Shown: positions 16,686 through 32,204 of the stretch, piece by piece
Numbering within the stretch: position 1 is the stretch's first letter
Layout: each line of letters begins with the position of its first letter
Source: Octopus vulgaris
Taxonomy: Eukaryota
NCBI GenBank assembly: GCA_951406725.2
Contig: OX597816.1
Location: 88,536,001-88,600,000 of the forward strand
DNA length: 64,000 nt
Direction: 5' to 3'
Notes under the pieces: model-generated
Told to the model about the DNA's origin: nothing
Database searches by the model: none
What the model saw: only the letters and a program-made list of their open reading frames with translations
Translations under genes and position numbers: made by a program

Positions 16686-17707
16686 TACATATGTGTATAT
16701 ATGTATGTAGGTATATACATATATATATGTATATATGTATGTAGGTATATATGTATTTATGTATATGTATGTGTATATATATCATTATTCAGTTTTCTCT
16801 CAAGATTTCTTACCAATAGTGAAAGACCTAGATCCAAGTCTCATTCATCGGAATATCGAACACACCCACAGTGTATTTTGACTTGTATGAGTGTATGAGT
16901 GCAGTATACACTCAGAGTTTTGTGTTTTGTTTCATGTATGCATTCTCGTGCATATAGTTGCATGTCTAAACATGCGCACATATCATTAAAAGGTAAACCT
17001 CTGGAAAGTTTTACAACGTTTTACAGTTCCAGTAATATCTTGGACCTCTAATATTCGAATTAGCTTCTCGTTTCTGAGGCTGAGAATGTTTATATATATA
17101 TGTATGCATATGTGAATGTGCATCTAAAGAGAAGCATAAGTACATTAATTAAGGGATCTGGACATAGACTGATATTTATTATTGGTAAGGAAATTGTGAG
17201 TGCTTAAAATACATTAAAAAATTCTTAATAAATATTCGTTACATCATAACGAACTTTATTTGAATATATGAATGCTATCAGCAATAATACTGATATCGCA
17301 TAATTACTACTAAGTTTTAAATTACAAATTAGAAATTCGATGTAAAAATATAACTCAAAATGCAAAATTTATTCAAAAATATTTATTACAAAATTTAGTA
17401 TGATACGGATGGCATGAATGATACCTAAGTTTCAATTCAATCTGATATCTCTTAATTACTAAGAAAAATTGGTAACATCAAAATATGTGCAAAAATCCCG
17501 ACTCATATTAAGACATAAAGAAAACATAATTTAAACTATACATTTTAATCTTCATAATTATTACCTTGGATATCTTAGGTATAATAAGACATTCGCAAGG
17601 TGAAATTTAAATATCATTTTATAATTTCAAAATTAGAAGTGATTAGTACAGGTGATATAAAATAGTGTCTTTTTTTCTTTTTAAGAAACATGTTTAAGTA
17701 TGCAATG

Positions 17708-17843
<136 letters not shown>

Positions 17844-18159
17844 AGAGAGAGAAAGAGAGAATACCCATTTTTAGTGGTGATAAACATTACCTGTCAGGCT
17901 AGATACCGCTTTCTTCTGTCTCATAGATATATTCTTCGCGAGTTTGTATGCTCGTCGTAAGATCAATGACTATGTGTCACTTATTTTCCATATATTGCAG
18001 ACCGGAGTGAACTGCTGCTATGTTTAGCAGACGGGTATCTGTTATCGAGGATGACCATAATAAAGTCGAAACCGCGCAGTCTGGTGATCTCATGGCTGGA
18101 ATAGTACGAATTACTTCCCCGCTTGCAAAATATATTTAGTGATATAGACTCATAATAGC

Positions 18160-18590
18160 CGGTTTCCCGGTTTCTGTGGCGCATATATTCCCGACTGGGA
18201 CGGGACGCCGGTCCCTTGAACGATTACTCATTGTTTGAGGCTGAGTAGACTGGTGCAACGTGAGGTGAAGTGTTTTGCTCAAGAATACAATGTGTCACCC
18301 TGTCCAGGAATCGAAATTACAATCCTTCGGCCATGAGTCCAAAGCCCTAACCACTAAGCTACGCGTCATCCGGTCCAGGAATATCGTAATCCTAATCCTA
18401 CGTTCATGAGTCCAAACCCCTAAACACTAAGCCACGTGACGTCCGGCCCAGGTATCAAAATCCCAATCTCACAGTCATAAGGCCAAACCCCTAACCACTA
18501 AGCCACGCGTCACTCGGTTCAAGACTCGACATCACAATCTTACGGTCATGAGCCCAACACCCTAACCACTAAGCCACGCTTCTCCACACT
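18160..18590 (-). mobile_element. tRNA-derived SINE with four tandem tRNA-like heads
   Basis: cactaagc recurs at 18352, 18425, 18496 and 18567 (period 71-73). The minus strand shows an A-box-like gtggcttagtggttagg. The body matches the copy at 39335-39580. Confidence 0.88.
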
Positions 18591-19576
18591 CTAGGATATA
18601 CAACACCACAATGTTATACACAATAAAGCACATACATCTGTTACTACTACAATAAATTGATCATGGGACTTTAACGGTGTAGAATATGATTAGTCATTCA
18701 TCCAACCATCACTAAGTAATTTTTATAAAGAAATTACAGTCAGTTGTAACGGTGTTAATTAATACTAGTTACTATACCTATCTAAAATGCCACCACTCAC
18801 TTCTTCAAGAAGTTAACAGGCAGATAGGTCTGACTTTCACAGAAACATGTATAGACTGCACATTTTTATCGGCTCCACGGACAGGAACAACACGGCCAAG
18901 GGTGTTATTCATGCGAGACTGTCAATTTTCAAGTAAAAGATTTATATATACCCACCCTATCCAGCGTATTCTGTTCTTTACCGAAAGATGTCTGCATTTT
19001 GTAAAATATATAATTGATATTCATTATTATTACTAAATTATTGCACGAGCACACACGCGCACATACACACAAACACACGCACATGCACACTCACACAATC
19101 ATATATTTGTCTGTTTGGCTACGTTGCATTGCATGTCCCTCTAAAATTGATGAGTTGCTTTTATCCATCCCAATGTCTAAAACATCCTATGCTTTTCACT
19201 GAACATCACGTAAACATGCATACGCACGTACACATATTTCATAACAATGGGCTCTAAGAGCAAGGGATGAATCTGCCAGTCAGCGAGACATATTGAACTT
19301 TCCAATATCCGAATTATACGTAAGCAGATTAGCTCTGTTATGATTAAGACTCACACAAGTGGAAAAACATCGACGTGCATACAAATATGTAAATCGTCAG
19401 CGAGACTGCCGCGTAGAAAAATAATCATATGTATTTTTGCGATAGCTTACATGTATGTGTATGCATTAATGCTTGTATATGACGTACAGACAGCTTCTAG
19501 ATCTATTTGCCTGTCTGACTCCAGTGTGTCTATCTGTCTGTATATATATATATGCATATATGTATGTATATGTATG

Positions 19577-19608
<32 letters not shown>

Positions 19609-19966
19609 TGCATGTATGTATGTATGTATATATATAAGTATATATACATATATACATATATATATATATATATCTACATACATATACAGTATATATATAC
19701 ACGCATACACACGCGGGCGCCCGCGCACACACACGCACAAACACACACACATATGTATATACATATATGTGTGTGTGTATGTGTGTGTGTGCACCAGCCT
19801 GCTTACATTCATTTTGCAAGAATATCCAATAATCAAGCATGTAACCATATGTCCAAACGCTGCCCGAAATGTAACATGTAAGTGGTGAGTCATTTAATCT
19901 TCCAATTTCCACTAATACATAAACACACACACTTATACACACACATACACACACACACACACACAG

Positions 19967-20006
<40 letters not shown>

Positions 20007-20941
20007 ATGCGCATATATCTATATGTTGCATATAGATAAATAGATAATATATATAATATATTCACATACGTATAATACATGTGTCTCTTTAGTATGCAAT
20101 TTGATTGGTAGAGAATAATCACGTAATTAGGTTAACAAAATTTTTGTTTATTTCCCGTTATAGCTTTGCGTTAATGTCATGTGGTAATATTCTTTGCGCC
20201 GGAAGTTAAGGCTGCAATGGTTGACTGGACGTGTCTAGTGATATCCCAAACAATCGCCTCTCTAATCTGTAAAGCTGTAAAGCGGACAAGAATTGTGTGT
20301 ATGTAGTTATTAAACTTTGTTAGATCTCAGTTAATATCGTGGGCTAGTTCTTGTGTGGCTTGTTGAGGTCATGTGGTCATGGCTTGTTTGTTTCTGTAAA
20401 TATATTTTCTTTGATTATTCGTGTTTGATGTGGTATTGTTTGGATGGTTATGAAGTGGGAAAACTTGGTATTTTTGGAACTTATTTGTCATACTTAAATC
20501 TAGGCAGGAAAAGTAATGTTACCTATTTAAATTCAAAATATCACGTGTGTTTGCGTGGGAATAGTTGTTGGTGGTCGAAAACACCAAACGCTGATGGAAT
20601 TCGAACTGAAACCTTACGATCATGAGACGGATGTACTAGCTGCTACGCTGTGCATTTTATGGAAGTGGTTTAACGGACCCACGTCATCCCTTACAGGACT
20701 TCGTATGCATTTCAAAGTATGTTTCAGAAGTGTACTATAGAATAGGTGAGGGGGTGTATTTCACGCTACGGATATACATAGGCCCCACGTTTTTTCTATT
20801 TCTTTTAAGTTTGAAAATCGGAGAAGTCAGTGAAACCATTAAGCCTTTAAAAATAAACTACGTAAGACTTACAGTACATTTTTTATATATGATTACAAAA
20901 AACGAATATATATACATACATATATACATATATACGCAGGT

Positions 20942-20982
<41 letters not shown>

Positions 20983-20992
20983 TGTATACTTA

Positions 20993-21034
<42 letters not shown>

Positions 21035-21042
21035 TATACTTA

Positions 21043-21521
<479 letters not shown>

Positions 21522-21683
21522 ATATATATATATAAGTAGTTGAATGAATTATCCTAGTATGGATAATTCGGTTAACCGATATCCGGGTAGCAAATTCACG
21601 TCAGAAAACACGGTTGAAGCTACATGCCAAGGGCAGAAATCACGTGCTTTCGTATGTAAATTTGTGTGTTTTTTTTATATAAA

Positions 21684-23070
21684 TAAATGAAAGAATGGAG
21701 TCGAACGACGATTTAACAAAATTCCTTTATTCTCGACGTATGTTTCGAAGACTGCATATTCTTAATTCCGAAGGAATAAAGGGTGCATTATGCCGCCTTC
21801 TCATCAGGAAAGACAAGGAACTTATGTTAGCATCATGACGAACAAAAACTTTTAGATGACTGCCCACACGGAGTCCATAGTGATAATGAGTGTTTCTTTA
21901 AAATATTCCGTTATAAGCGGTGACGTCAAAATTGGTTGGCTGGAAAAGATTCTAGAAAGTTCAAAAGTTCAAAAATGTTTGGAAGGGGAAAGTTCTAAGA
22001 ATAGGAAGGTGACAGAGTGTAAGTCGTATGTATAGGGATTTTTTCTTCCGGTACCGGTGTCTTCTTCTATATTGGGGCGACTACTTCTAAATTATCCCAG
22101 AGGATTTCCAATCATTATTCAACTTTCCGAGATAAGAGAAAACAACAAAGTACAGGATTAAGTAAATTAGTTTGGCGTCTTAAGGACAGCAATATAACTT
22201 TCAAGCTGGAATGGTCCATATTGTCTGTATCCTTTCCTTTTGATAAGGGCAGAAAATATTGTGGCGTCTGTAATTCCGAACTTTTCCATATACTTTTCGC
22301 CAAATTCCCTTTGGTAAACACAATGGTAGAAAAATCCTATAGGTGCATGCACTGGCAGAAACACACCTTCCACTCATATGAATGATGATTAATATAGGTA
22401 ACCTCCTTGAATTTAATAATTTGGTTCCACTTCTACAACACCACCATAGACAAATGTTTTTATACTCCATTACTTGAAGGACTACTACCAAATTCGTTGG
22501 GGTATGTTTTACCTTTGTCTCTCTACCTCTCCCCCTCTCTCTCTCTCCCTCTCTCTATCATAAGCACAATCAAACACACAGACACAAAACTGTCACTTCA
22601 CCACTAGATGTATTTGGCATTTATCCCCACACACACACAATCGCGCACACATACACACACATAGACACGAATGTAGTTATATACATACACACACATAGGC
22701 ACTCAATCTCTTTAGCAAAAGCAAACAACAACGCATCCCCATACATACGACTTACACCCTGTCACCTTCCTATTCTTAGAACTTTCCCCTTCCAAACATT
22801 TTTGAACTTTTGAACTTTCTAGAATCTTTTCCATCCAACCAATTTTGACGTCAGCTTATAACGGAATATTTTAAAGAAACACTCATTATCACTATGGATC
22901 CGTGTGGGCAGTCATCTAAAAGCTTTTGTTCGTCATGATGCTAACATAAGTTCATTGTCTTTCCTGATTATAATGCAGCCTATTCCTTCGGAATTAAGAA
23001 TGTGCAGTCTTCGAAACATATGTCGAGAATAAAGGAATTTTGTTAAATCGTCGTTCGACTCCATTCTTTC

Positions 23071-23075
<5 letters not shown>
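21684..23075. mobile_element. Fold-back element 3: about 350 bp inverted arms (21684-22038 / 22735-23075) around a roughly 700 bp core, hammerhead in the arms
   Basis: taaatgaaagaatggagtcgaacgacgatttaacaaaattcc... is the reverse complement of ...ggaattttgttaaatcgtcgttcgactccattctttcattta. The right end runs into a long (TA)n. Confidence 0.9.
21730..21811 (-). ncRNA. Minimal type I hammerhead ribozyme motif
   Basis: Minus strand: tttc CTGATGA gaaggcggcata...tatgcagtcttc GAAAC ATAC GTC gaga. The right-arm copy (22961-23028, +) has loop ATAT and a deletion after CTGAT. Confidence 0.82.
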
Positions 23076-23159
<84 letters not shown>

Positions 23160-23162
<3 letters not shown>

Positions 23163-23790
23163 GAATGATTCACTGCGCAAAAGCGTTCGAAAGCGGTCGG
23201 AAAAGAGGGCAATCTGATGGCACCGCTGAGGCAGCACTTCCCATTTTAGCTCTTGAATCGCGACTTTTGTCACATTGGCGATGTGAACCTTGCCCATTCA
23301 GTGAATATAGTACACTACAGTTTATTTTCTTTATTTTTTTAATCACAATCCATCTGCTCCGGTAATTCTCTGGTCGTTTGATGTGGATTTTCGTGAAGAA
23401 ATTCATTTAATCACTCTTCATCGAACTCAATTTGTCGACCGTTGAGTGATCCGTCTTTGAGGTCAAAGTCCCCATTTTTAAATCGCGAAAACCAACAGCC
23501 GGCGGTACTTTAAGGCATTGCAACTTCGGCATACACAACACAAGCCTCACGAACAGCTTCGGCGGCCTTAACCCCACGATTAAATAAAATATGTAAATGG
23601 TGTCGAAATTTTGTTCGTTTAACATTAATTTTAATGATGCGATAATATATGAAAATCAATAAAATTACAAAATGAAAACACCCAATCTTGTAGAGAAAAC
23701 AATTCTCTTTTAAATAACAGAGAACATTTTGCCAGTGTTGTTTATTTCTGTTTGCATTTTTAAACTTGAAAAAAAAACCGCTCATGAATT
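23160..23790 (-). mobile_element. Internally deleted mariner transposon
   Basis: Minus strand gives FRHHLHILFNRGVKAAEAVREACVVY...WFSRFKNGDFDLKD...HENPHQTTREL (mariner HTH) joined to HIANVTKVAIQELKWEVLP...PSDCPLFRPLSN. Confidence 0.88.
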
Positions 23791-23859
23791 ATTCCTCAAC
23801 TCAAAACATACGCACACATACACACAAACATTCACATATATATATACATATACATATAT

Positions 23860-23934
<75 letters not shown>

Positions 23935-23935
<1 letters not shown>

Positions 23936-24095
23936 GACGGGATTTTTTAAGTTTCTGTCTACTAAATCCACTCACAAGGATTTAATTGGTTCTAGGTTAT
24001 AATAGAAGACACTTGCGCAAGACGCTACGCAGTGGGGCTGAACCTGGAAATATGTGTTTGGGAAGCAATCTTCTCAGCACGCAGCCATGCCTTCG

Positions 24096-24098
<3 letters not shown>
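23935..24098 (-). mobile_element. SINE family A, 5' half
   Basis: aaatccactcacaagg...agaagacacttg...cagtggggctgaacctggaa. Confidence 0.85.
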
Positions 24099-24155
<57 letters not shown>

Positions 24156-25667
24156 CCCCAGTAAGTATAAATGTAGAAACAGATATGTCTGTTGTATTGG
24201 AGGAAGTGTATCGAAAGATTTACATATTTCTTTAGAATAAACATAAGCCGTTATTTTTCGCCAGATTAATTATATTTCTAATCGAAACAATACTGCAGAG
24301 AAAATAATCATATATAAAAATGATTCCAACCAGCAAACCAGCATTTATATTGTGTGCTTTGTGTAATTAATTTATCTTTAATATTTATAATTACTTTTCC
24401 ATGTTTTTTTTAATTTCTTAATGAAGGATAGTTGTGAGAACGTTATTATTTATCGAGAACATATGTTTTGAATATAAGAACAATAAATGAAAATATATAT
24501 ATTTTTTAGAACATGATATATCAAAACAGATTTGCAGTTTATAAAATTGCGGATATAACCCTCAAGAGCATTATCAATTACAGACATCGTAGTAGTAGTA
24601 GTAATACAGTAATAGTAGAAGTAATAATATGCACTTAACTTACGTAGGGTTTGAAGCCAAACATTGTTTCATATTTATTCATTAGTGATATGTTAGGCAG
24701 TTGAATATTATATCTTCTAATGAACTATTTCAAGAAAATAAAAGTTCTAAAATGAAAATCACCTAATAATATAGCGAAAGACAAAGCATCAATAAAATAC
24801 CAAACGAATTCATAACAAAAACTAATTTTTAAATGGCAATGTTAATTTAAAGTTATGACTGTGTGGAAATAAACAGTGATATTAATTTTAAAAGGCTTAT
24901 ACTGAAGACGATACAAGGTTGATAAAAGGCTGAGAATTTTAAATGAATCTGTTAGTGGATTTCGTTTCACGGTTGTGGCTATTTCGTCTTATGAAAGAGA
25001 ATAAATCTTTTAGTAATGTTGAAATTTCAGAAATTCTAGAATATTAGATAAAAACAGAATGACTAGAAGTGGAAAAATATTACAGTTTTAGAAACAAGGG
25101 GAGTCACTGAAATGGGAAAATGTAGGAGAGAGAGAGGAGGGGAAGAATGATTTCAAAGCTTTCATTAAAGTGAAACCTTGAGACAATTATATTTTTCCTC
25201 TACGAAATTTCAATCTGCAATCGTCAAAGATATCTTTGTTATTCATTTCTTTGGATGTTGCCTTCGTCAAGATATCTGTCTTATGACATAAGCAAATTCG
25301 AAGAAATTTGGAGAAAATTGCAGGATGTGAGATCAAAATGGTAAATATAACGCAAAACAACTGAACATTTGGTAAACCTAAAGCCGATGATAACAAGATA
25401 TGAATATAAGAAGTATTTCAGATGAAAATGAAAATGAAATTTAAAATTAAAACATAAAATCTACTTAAGAAGCAATAACAATAACGACAAAACCAACATT
25501 AGCTGCAGGAAACGTAACGAAATCAACGAAACCAACAAGTATAAGATATGCAACCTAGAATAAATATAGGTACATGCTCCACTGCACGACAAAAACGTAC
25601 ATTTCCGAACCATACTGTTACAGGATAAGTCTCCTAACGTGGGTTGGCGTATTAACTTTAGTCTTTA

Positions 25668-26533
25668 TACGAAGTCTGTCTGAAAAGTAACGGGACTGAT
25701 GTCACAAGCAATTAATTTCATTTTCAAGCCACAATTCTCGTGGTTTCATCTTCAAAGTAATCCCCCTCGAGCCTAATGCACTTTTCCATCCTTCTCTCCC
25801 ACACTTCTATGCACAACAGGAAGGATTCATCTGGGATGACCCTCAGCTCCGTCGTTACGATCCTCTTGATATCCTTTCCCTTGGTGATCCCCTTGACATT
25901 GGGAAAAGAAAAAAGTCAATACGGAGGTTGTTCCAGTAAGGTGATGTCCTTCTCGGCTAGGAACTGCCAGATGCTCAGGACATTGTGAGTAGGTGCATTT
26001 TCGTGGTGAAGCAGCCACGATTCGTCTTGCCACAACTCTCGTTTATTCTCGCACAGTGAGCAAAGCAAACGCCACATGACCTCTTTGTTGATTTGCTGAT
26101 TGACTGCTCGACATTGAACTCAGTCCTGCTTGTTGAAGGCTTCTGGAGCCATCTTCCGCCTCCTCACACCCCTATTTGAACCACTTCTGCCACTCAAAGA
26201 CACGCGTACGTGACATGGTGTTATCTCCATACACTTACTGAAGCATTTCAAGTGTTTGTGACGGAGGTGTCCCCAACCGGATCAAACATTTTAGGTTTAA
26301 TCGTTGCTCGGTGTTCACTATTAGTTCCTCCGTGCTCATAACTGAACGACCTGAAAAAGAGGAGTTTAAAAAAAACATATGAAAAAAATATACAATGTTT
26401 GCAGAAAGCAAAGATTACGTTTATATACTCCAAACATATCATGTTAGATGATAACACAATCCGCTTATACCAATTTGGCCTACTCAAATTACAGCACACT
26501 CAATCCTGTTACATTTCAGACAGATCTCACATA
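25668..26533 (-). mobile_element. Internally deleted mariner with both terminal inverted repeats
   Basis: TIRs tacgaagtctgtctgaaaagtaacgggactg / caatcctgttacatttcagacagatctcacata. Minus strand gives WLLHHENAPTHNVLSIWQFLAEKDITLLEQPPY...WERRMEKCIRLEGDYFE. Confidence 0.9.
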
Positions 26534-26698
26534 GACGAAAATTGATGGGAGACCGTCGTAGACACACATACGTACACGAGCTTACACTTATGAATGTATA
26601 CATGCATAGACACTCACATGTAGGTTGGTATATGTATATATATAATGTGTGTGTGTGTGTACATATATATGTAATATTTACACTTGTATATGCTTATA

Positions 26699-27755
26699 TC
26701 TTATACGTAAATGGCAATTTTTGTCTGTCTGCTCTGTCTATCTGTCTCGCTTTTACCATCTTATTGCCTCCACCAGTAAACTAATCTTGACGAAACTTTG
26801 CATACATGTTAAACTAACATCCATTTGAATTGTAGGCTAACTGGATTTCAATAAACATATATAAAGGGCCCCCTAGGCGGTGCTGTATGACATGTTTACA
26901 AACCAATAACACATCTACTGATATGAATTAAATAAGGCTTCCCTTAAGCTCAGCCATGCACTCCTTCATGTAAACAGCGTGCGACCTTTTCCAAATTCTG
27001 CATGCAGCAGTCGTACATCTCGCTAAGGTCACATTAAGGGCACGGATTCGAAGATAGAACATGGGACCATGTAATGACCAATGACGCGGAAGTTGGTCCA
27101 CCATGAGATTAATTTGATGGATTCAATCCAAATCACCATAACATCTTAATATCGGAATGCTAGATACGGCCACGCTACGATAAGCTACGACACGCGACAA
27201 CGCCAGCTACAATACGCGGATTATTTGTCAATGTATTTGTAAATCTATCTATTTATCTAATTTATTTTACTCAGATGGATATTTGTTTGTTAAAATAATA
27301 TAGGGACATTACTTATTCACCCACTAATCGTTTGATAGTTTGAAATACTTATTTTTAGCAATAAACTATTACTACAAACGATTGATTGGGCATAAGGACG
27401 GGAACTAAACAGGAAATGAGATTCGCTTTCCCAGTATTACCGGTCAACTGATTTATTTTACTCAGATGCATATTCGTTTATTAAGATAATATAGGAACAT
27501 TCCTTATTCACCCACTAATTATATTAATAGTTTGTAATAATAAACTATTACCATAAAGGTTAATAAAATATTCAATTGCTTAATTACACCTAACTGATCC
27601 TAAAATTTATATACTGACATAGGATTGGGGACAGGAATGGGAGCAGAACTGAAAGGGGAACTGAACAGGGAAAGGAATAGGGCATCAAACAGTATTGGAA
27701 ACGGGAACTTGAAATAACTCCCTATTTTCCGGGTATTACCGGATAATCCAGCTAG
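26699..27755 (+). mobile_element. Non-autonomous Helitron with both ends
   Basis: A|TC start at 26699, subterminal hairpin ccgggtattaccgg (27729-27742), CTAG|T end at 27752-27755, no target-site duplication. Confidence 0.75.
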
Positions 27756-28443
27756 TATATGTGTGTGTTAATGTGTGTCTGTATCTGTATACATTACATT
27801 TCCAATATAGGTAGGATCAACAAAAGATGTACTCCACTCAGTGCGAGATAAATATCTACATGTGGGCTTATTACTGAAATCAGGTTATGCGTACCGGATA
27901 TATAGCATATTCTTGTCAGGTCCAAGGTTCTAGATCCGATATTTTTTAGCAATTGTAAGCATATGGATAAACCTCTTTCGCCAAATCGAAGATCAAAACC
28001 CGATTCAGATCGAATAGCTATCTCACAGATTTTGGCCTCCTTTCTCTTATACTACTCTAAACCCACCCGATAGTTTTATTACGATTTCTACAAACATAGA
28101 GGAAGATCTTGGTTTCCTTGCTTTTCTTTTCTCTATTCTCTTCTCATTATTGAGATGTTTTCTCCATTATGACATGAAATGTAAGATTTTTTCTACCTTA
28201 TGATTGAGGCTTAATTTATCCAATGCCTACTTGCTTACTTTATGGCCTGAATATTTTGGTTAACTACATCTGCCAAAATTATGATAGATATTCGAGCCCC
28301 CAGAAACAGCTCTTTAATTTTCTCTGTCATTTGTACTCTGTGTAAGTTTGATCTATTAATATATAAATATCAATATATTCAAGCTTAAAAACTGGTTGTC
28401 AGAAAATATTCAGTCTTTACTTTCTTTCTGTTTGCATGTATAT

Positions 28444-28566
<123 letters not shown>

Positions 28567-28619
28567 CGTATATATACATATATATTAATATACATATATA
28601 TTAATATACATCAGGAAAA

Positions 28620-28651
<32 letters not shown>

Positions 28652-28839
28652 CATATTTTTAAAATTAAAATTACAATAATGAGGGTAGAAATTTATATAT
28701 CAATCAACATCAATATAAAGCAGTGGTTTCTTGAGAACCCACTCTTTGTGGTAATGTGATCTGAAGTCTTTCTCTAGCGCATAGGAATCCACTTTATGAT
28801 CATTCCCCTTAAATTAATTGTAATACACACACACACATT

Positions 28840-28921
<82 letters not shown>

Positions 28922-29195
28922 ATATTGAACCAAAGTGGTTATATTTAATTTGTTTATTCACATGATTGCCACTGTATCTGCTCATCTGAATTCGTCTTAT
29001 AACTATTGCTTACCACGCTGAATAGGTCCCCTCTAAAGACATTGGTGTCTAAGTTCGAATCATTTGAGCGCTAATAAGTGCTTTCTTTACCAAGAACCTC
29101 TGGATCTCACCTGTTCACACACACGCACACACATACACACACACAAACACCCACACGCACATACACCCACACCCACATAGATATGTAGATAGATA

Positions 29196-29247
<52 letters not shown>

Positions 29248-31597
29248 CCTGGGTAACAGCTTTCCTTTTAAACCAATATTAAAACATTACTTTTTTATTT
29301 AATCAATGTTTTCTTATACCAGTGCATCAGTCCCTTATTGTTCTTCTCAAACCACCCAAGTTCAACGTTATTCGTCTCCAGTTTCATTCTCAGCTTGTTA
29401 GCGGCTTCACCCTTTCTCTTTCCCCACCCCATTTTTTTTTTTATTTTGCAAACGGCTTATGTTTATACATACATTCCTGCCTTTAGATCATTCGAGACCT
29501 GCTCCCCGGAACTATATTTATAACCAATATATTTTTTGTCGTCATTCTGCTGTGATATTGGTATAGCTTCCATAATGAAGCGTCTATTTCCAATGTAAAT
29601 TCCATATAGTTTAGAGATATTATGTTAACATTTTCCTAACAGGCTTTGTTTTATGGTGTACGGTGTTGTGTTTTACAATTCCTCCTTGTAAATGCATGGT
29701 GATTCTACAACGGAAAGTTGTATATGTTTTGTCTTTGAATCAGTTGTAACAGTGAACTTTGTACCTTTCACTTTTACTATCGAATTTATGCATTACCTGG
29801 TTATTCTAAATGTTTTTCATACTCGCAATGTGTTGTTAGTATGGAAGTTTTTCTTTTTAATTACAAATATTGTTTTGTTCTATTACATCTTTTTATTAGA
29901 TTAGTTCCACTGCAACTGGTGTGAATTTGTGTAATATGTGTATTGTAAGTATGCATATGTATTTATTGTGTTGTATTTTTTCTGCTTGGTCTATTTGTTT
30001 TTGAATAGCCGTTGTAATTTATAACCGTGAATGTGTGGGCGTATGTCTGTTCGCCTTCATATATACACACGTGCATATATGCATGCATAGATGGATACTT
30101 ATATAAATATACATTTATATATATGTATGCACGTATACAACTATACTCTAACTTTCACACCCCAACCCACTATTTGTCACTTACTGTGTCGACAGTATGT
30201 CGGATACAATGCCTGATAGTATTGGTTTTCGCCGCCTCTTGCTATAAGTTCAAATGCAGCAGTGGCTGAATCCGGCTTTCATAGTTCGAGTCTTAGATAC
30301 ACTACCATATATTTCTTCCCTCTTTATCTTTGTAATATATATGTAGTTCAAAGGTTCGACATTGATGTATTAAGTTAACCTAATATAATCGGAAAATTTA
30401 TGTGCCTGTTGAGTACTCAGAGGCTTACATGTTGTTTCAAGATTCGAAGTTTAGTTGGTTGAGCAAGTGAATGTTAATCGGTGAAACCACCGGAGAATCC
30501 TTTCTGACTATAGTTCAATGTTGGTTTAATTTCTGTCAGAAACCATTCCAGATCATTCCAACCTTGCATCATTGAAAGAAAACTCGTCCGTTAGTGGCCC
30601 CCAAACCGATAATGTATGAGTCTTGGGAATTATTTGTTCCATGAACTGATACAAATTGAAGTTTTGTTTCTATGATCATTCCGCAGGGGTTTTATGCATA
30701 TGAAAGGATAAAGTTACGATCGGAAATTGAAACAGTATTCCTGGCTCCGATCATCCGCAGGTTATTTCTTATAGATCAGTGTTCATATAAATTTAGATAT
30801 AGATATACAAAGAGACGGAAAGCTAAATAAGCAGACAGGCGGATGGACAGACAGATAGTCAGAGAAAGAGGGAAGGAGAGAGAGAAAGAAATAACGAGGG
30901 ATAGAAATGATTGATAGAAAGAAAGATAAGCAGATAGACGGACATAATAAATGTGACTGTGCAAATGAACATGTTGTGTCAGAACAATTACCGTCAGAGT
31001 TGTTCCGTCTTTAATTTATTCATTAGTTCCTTACATAGCAATTTACAGACAATACTCCAACAATGCTGCAGCATCAATATTCAATGCTTGCAATGCAAAA
31101 GATTTCTTCATCTTTGAAATTGAGAGATGGGTAGTTAGATACACACATACACACACACAAATACCTACATACGTACAATCAAACACAAACACACAGTTAC
31201 GAGCGTGTGTATGAATGTGTGTTTAGGTGTGTGCATGCGTAAGTATGTATATCTGCGTGTGCATGTACGTGTGTTGTGTGTGTGTGTTTGTCTCAAGCAA
31301 CATAATCAATGCTGGCTACACAAAAAAATTCCGTCATCTTTCAATCTTTGAAATGAAAAGATAAATAGGTAGATATATGATAGATACATACATGCATCCA
31401 TACATATAACCATACACAGAGTCACATAGATTTTTACGTATATATATGTGTGTGTGTGCGTGTGTGTGTTAGCTTATACATGTGGTTACGTATATATGTG
31501 TGTGTATGTGTGTATATGAGTGTATATATATATATATGTGTATATATATTTATATGTATGTGTACACATATATATATTAATATATATATGTATATAT

Positions 31598-31682
<85 letters not shown>

Positions 31683-31713
31683 TAGATATATTTACTTACT
31701 CATATATGTAGAT

Positions 31714-31776
<63 letters not shown>

Positions 31777-32204
31777 TATATATATATACTAAGAATCTGT
31801 CTATGTGTATCCATATGTGTATTCAATGCTAACTATGTAAAAGTTTTCGTTCATCTTTGAAGCGATTTGACGATATTTAGCGTTGAGATGTCCGACCCGA
31901 CTACATTTCTTAGCAATTTTTATTTCATCCAATATATATTCCGACAGCAGTATTTCACAAAGTTTTCCTCTGTCAATATATATGATTTATTCATCTATGT
32001 TAAACTTTTTTCATCATTTGTTTCTATACTAAATAATGCTATTGATTGAATTACCCACTAAAAAAAAAAGAAATGACCTCTGTGTATATTATGTAATGGC
32101 TTTCAATGTAAAGTAGTCTTCTTTTTTTTTTGGCTTTTATTGCACATAAGTTTGCAGAAAATGAGTTCGAATATTCCTTCTGTAGCAGTAGAAAATTTAG
32201 GGAA

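Noticed and set aside
18293-18590. CRISPR array or true tRNA gene cluster
   Set aside because: Whole units are homologous with no unique spacers, the context is eukaryotic, B boxes are degenerate, and the array is continuous with a SINE body.
27900-28360. Possible L1/Tx1-like remnant on the minus strand
   Set aside because: No diagnostic motif could be read.
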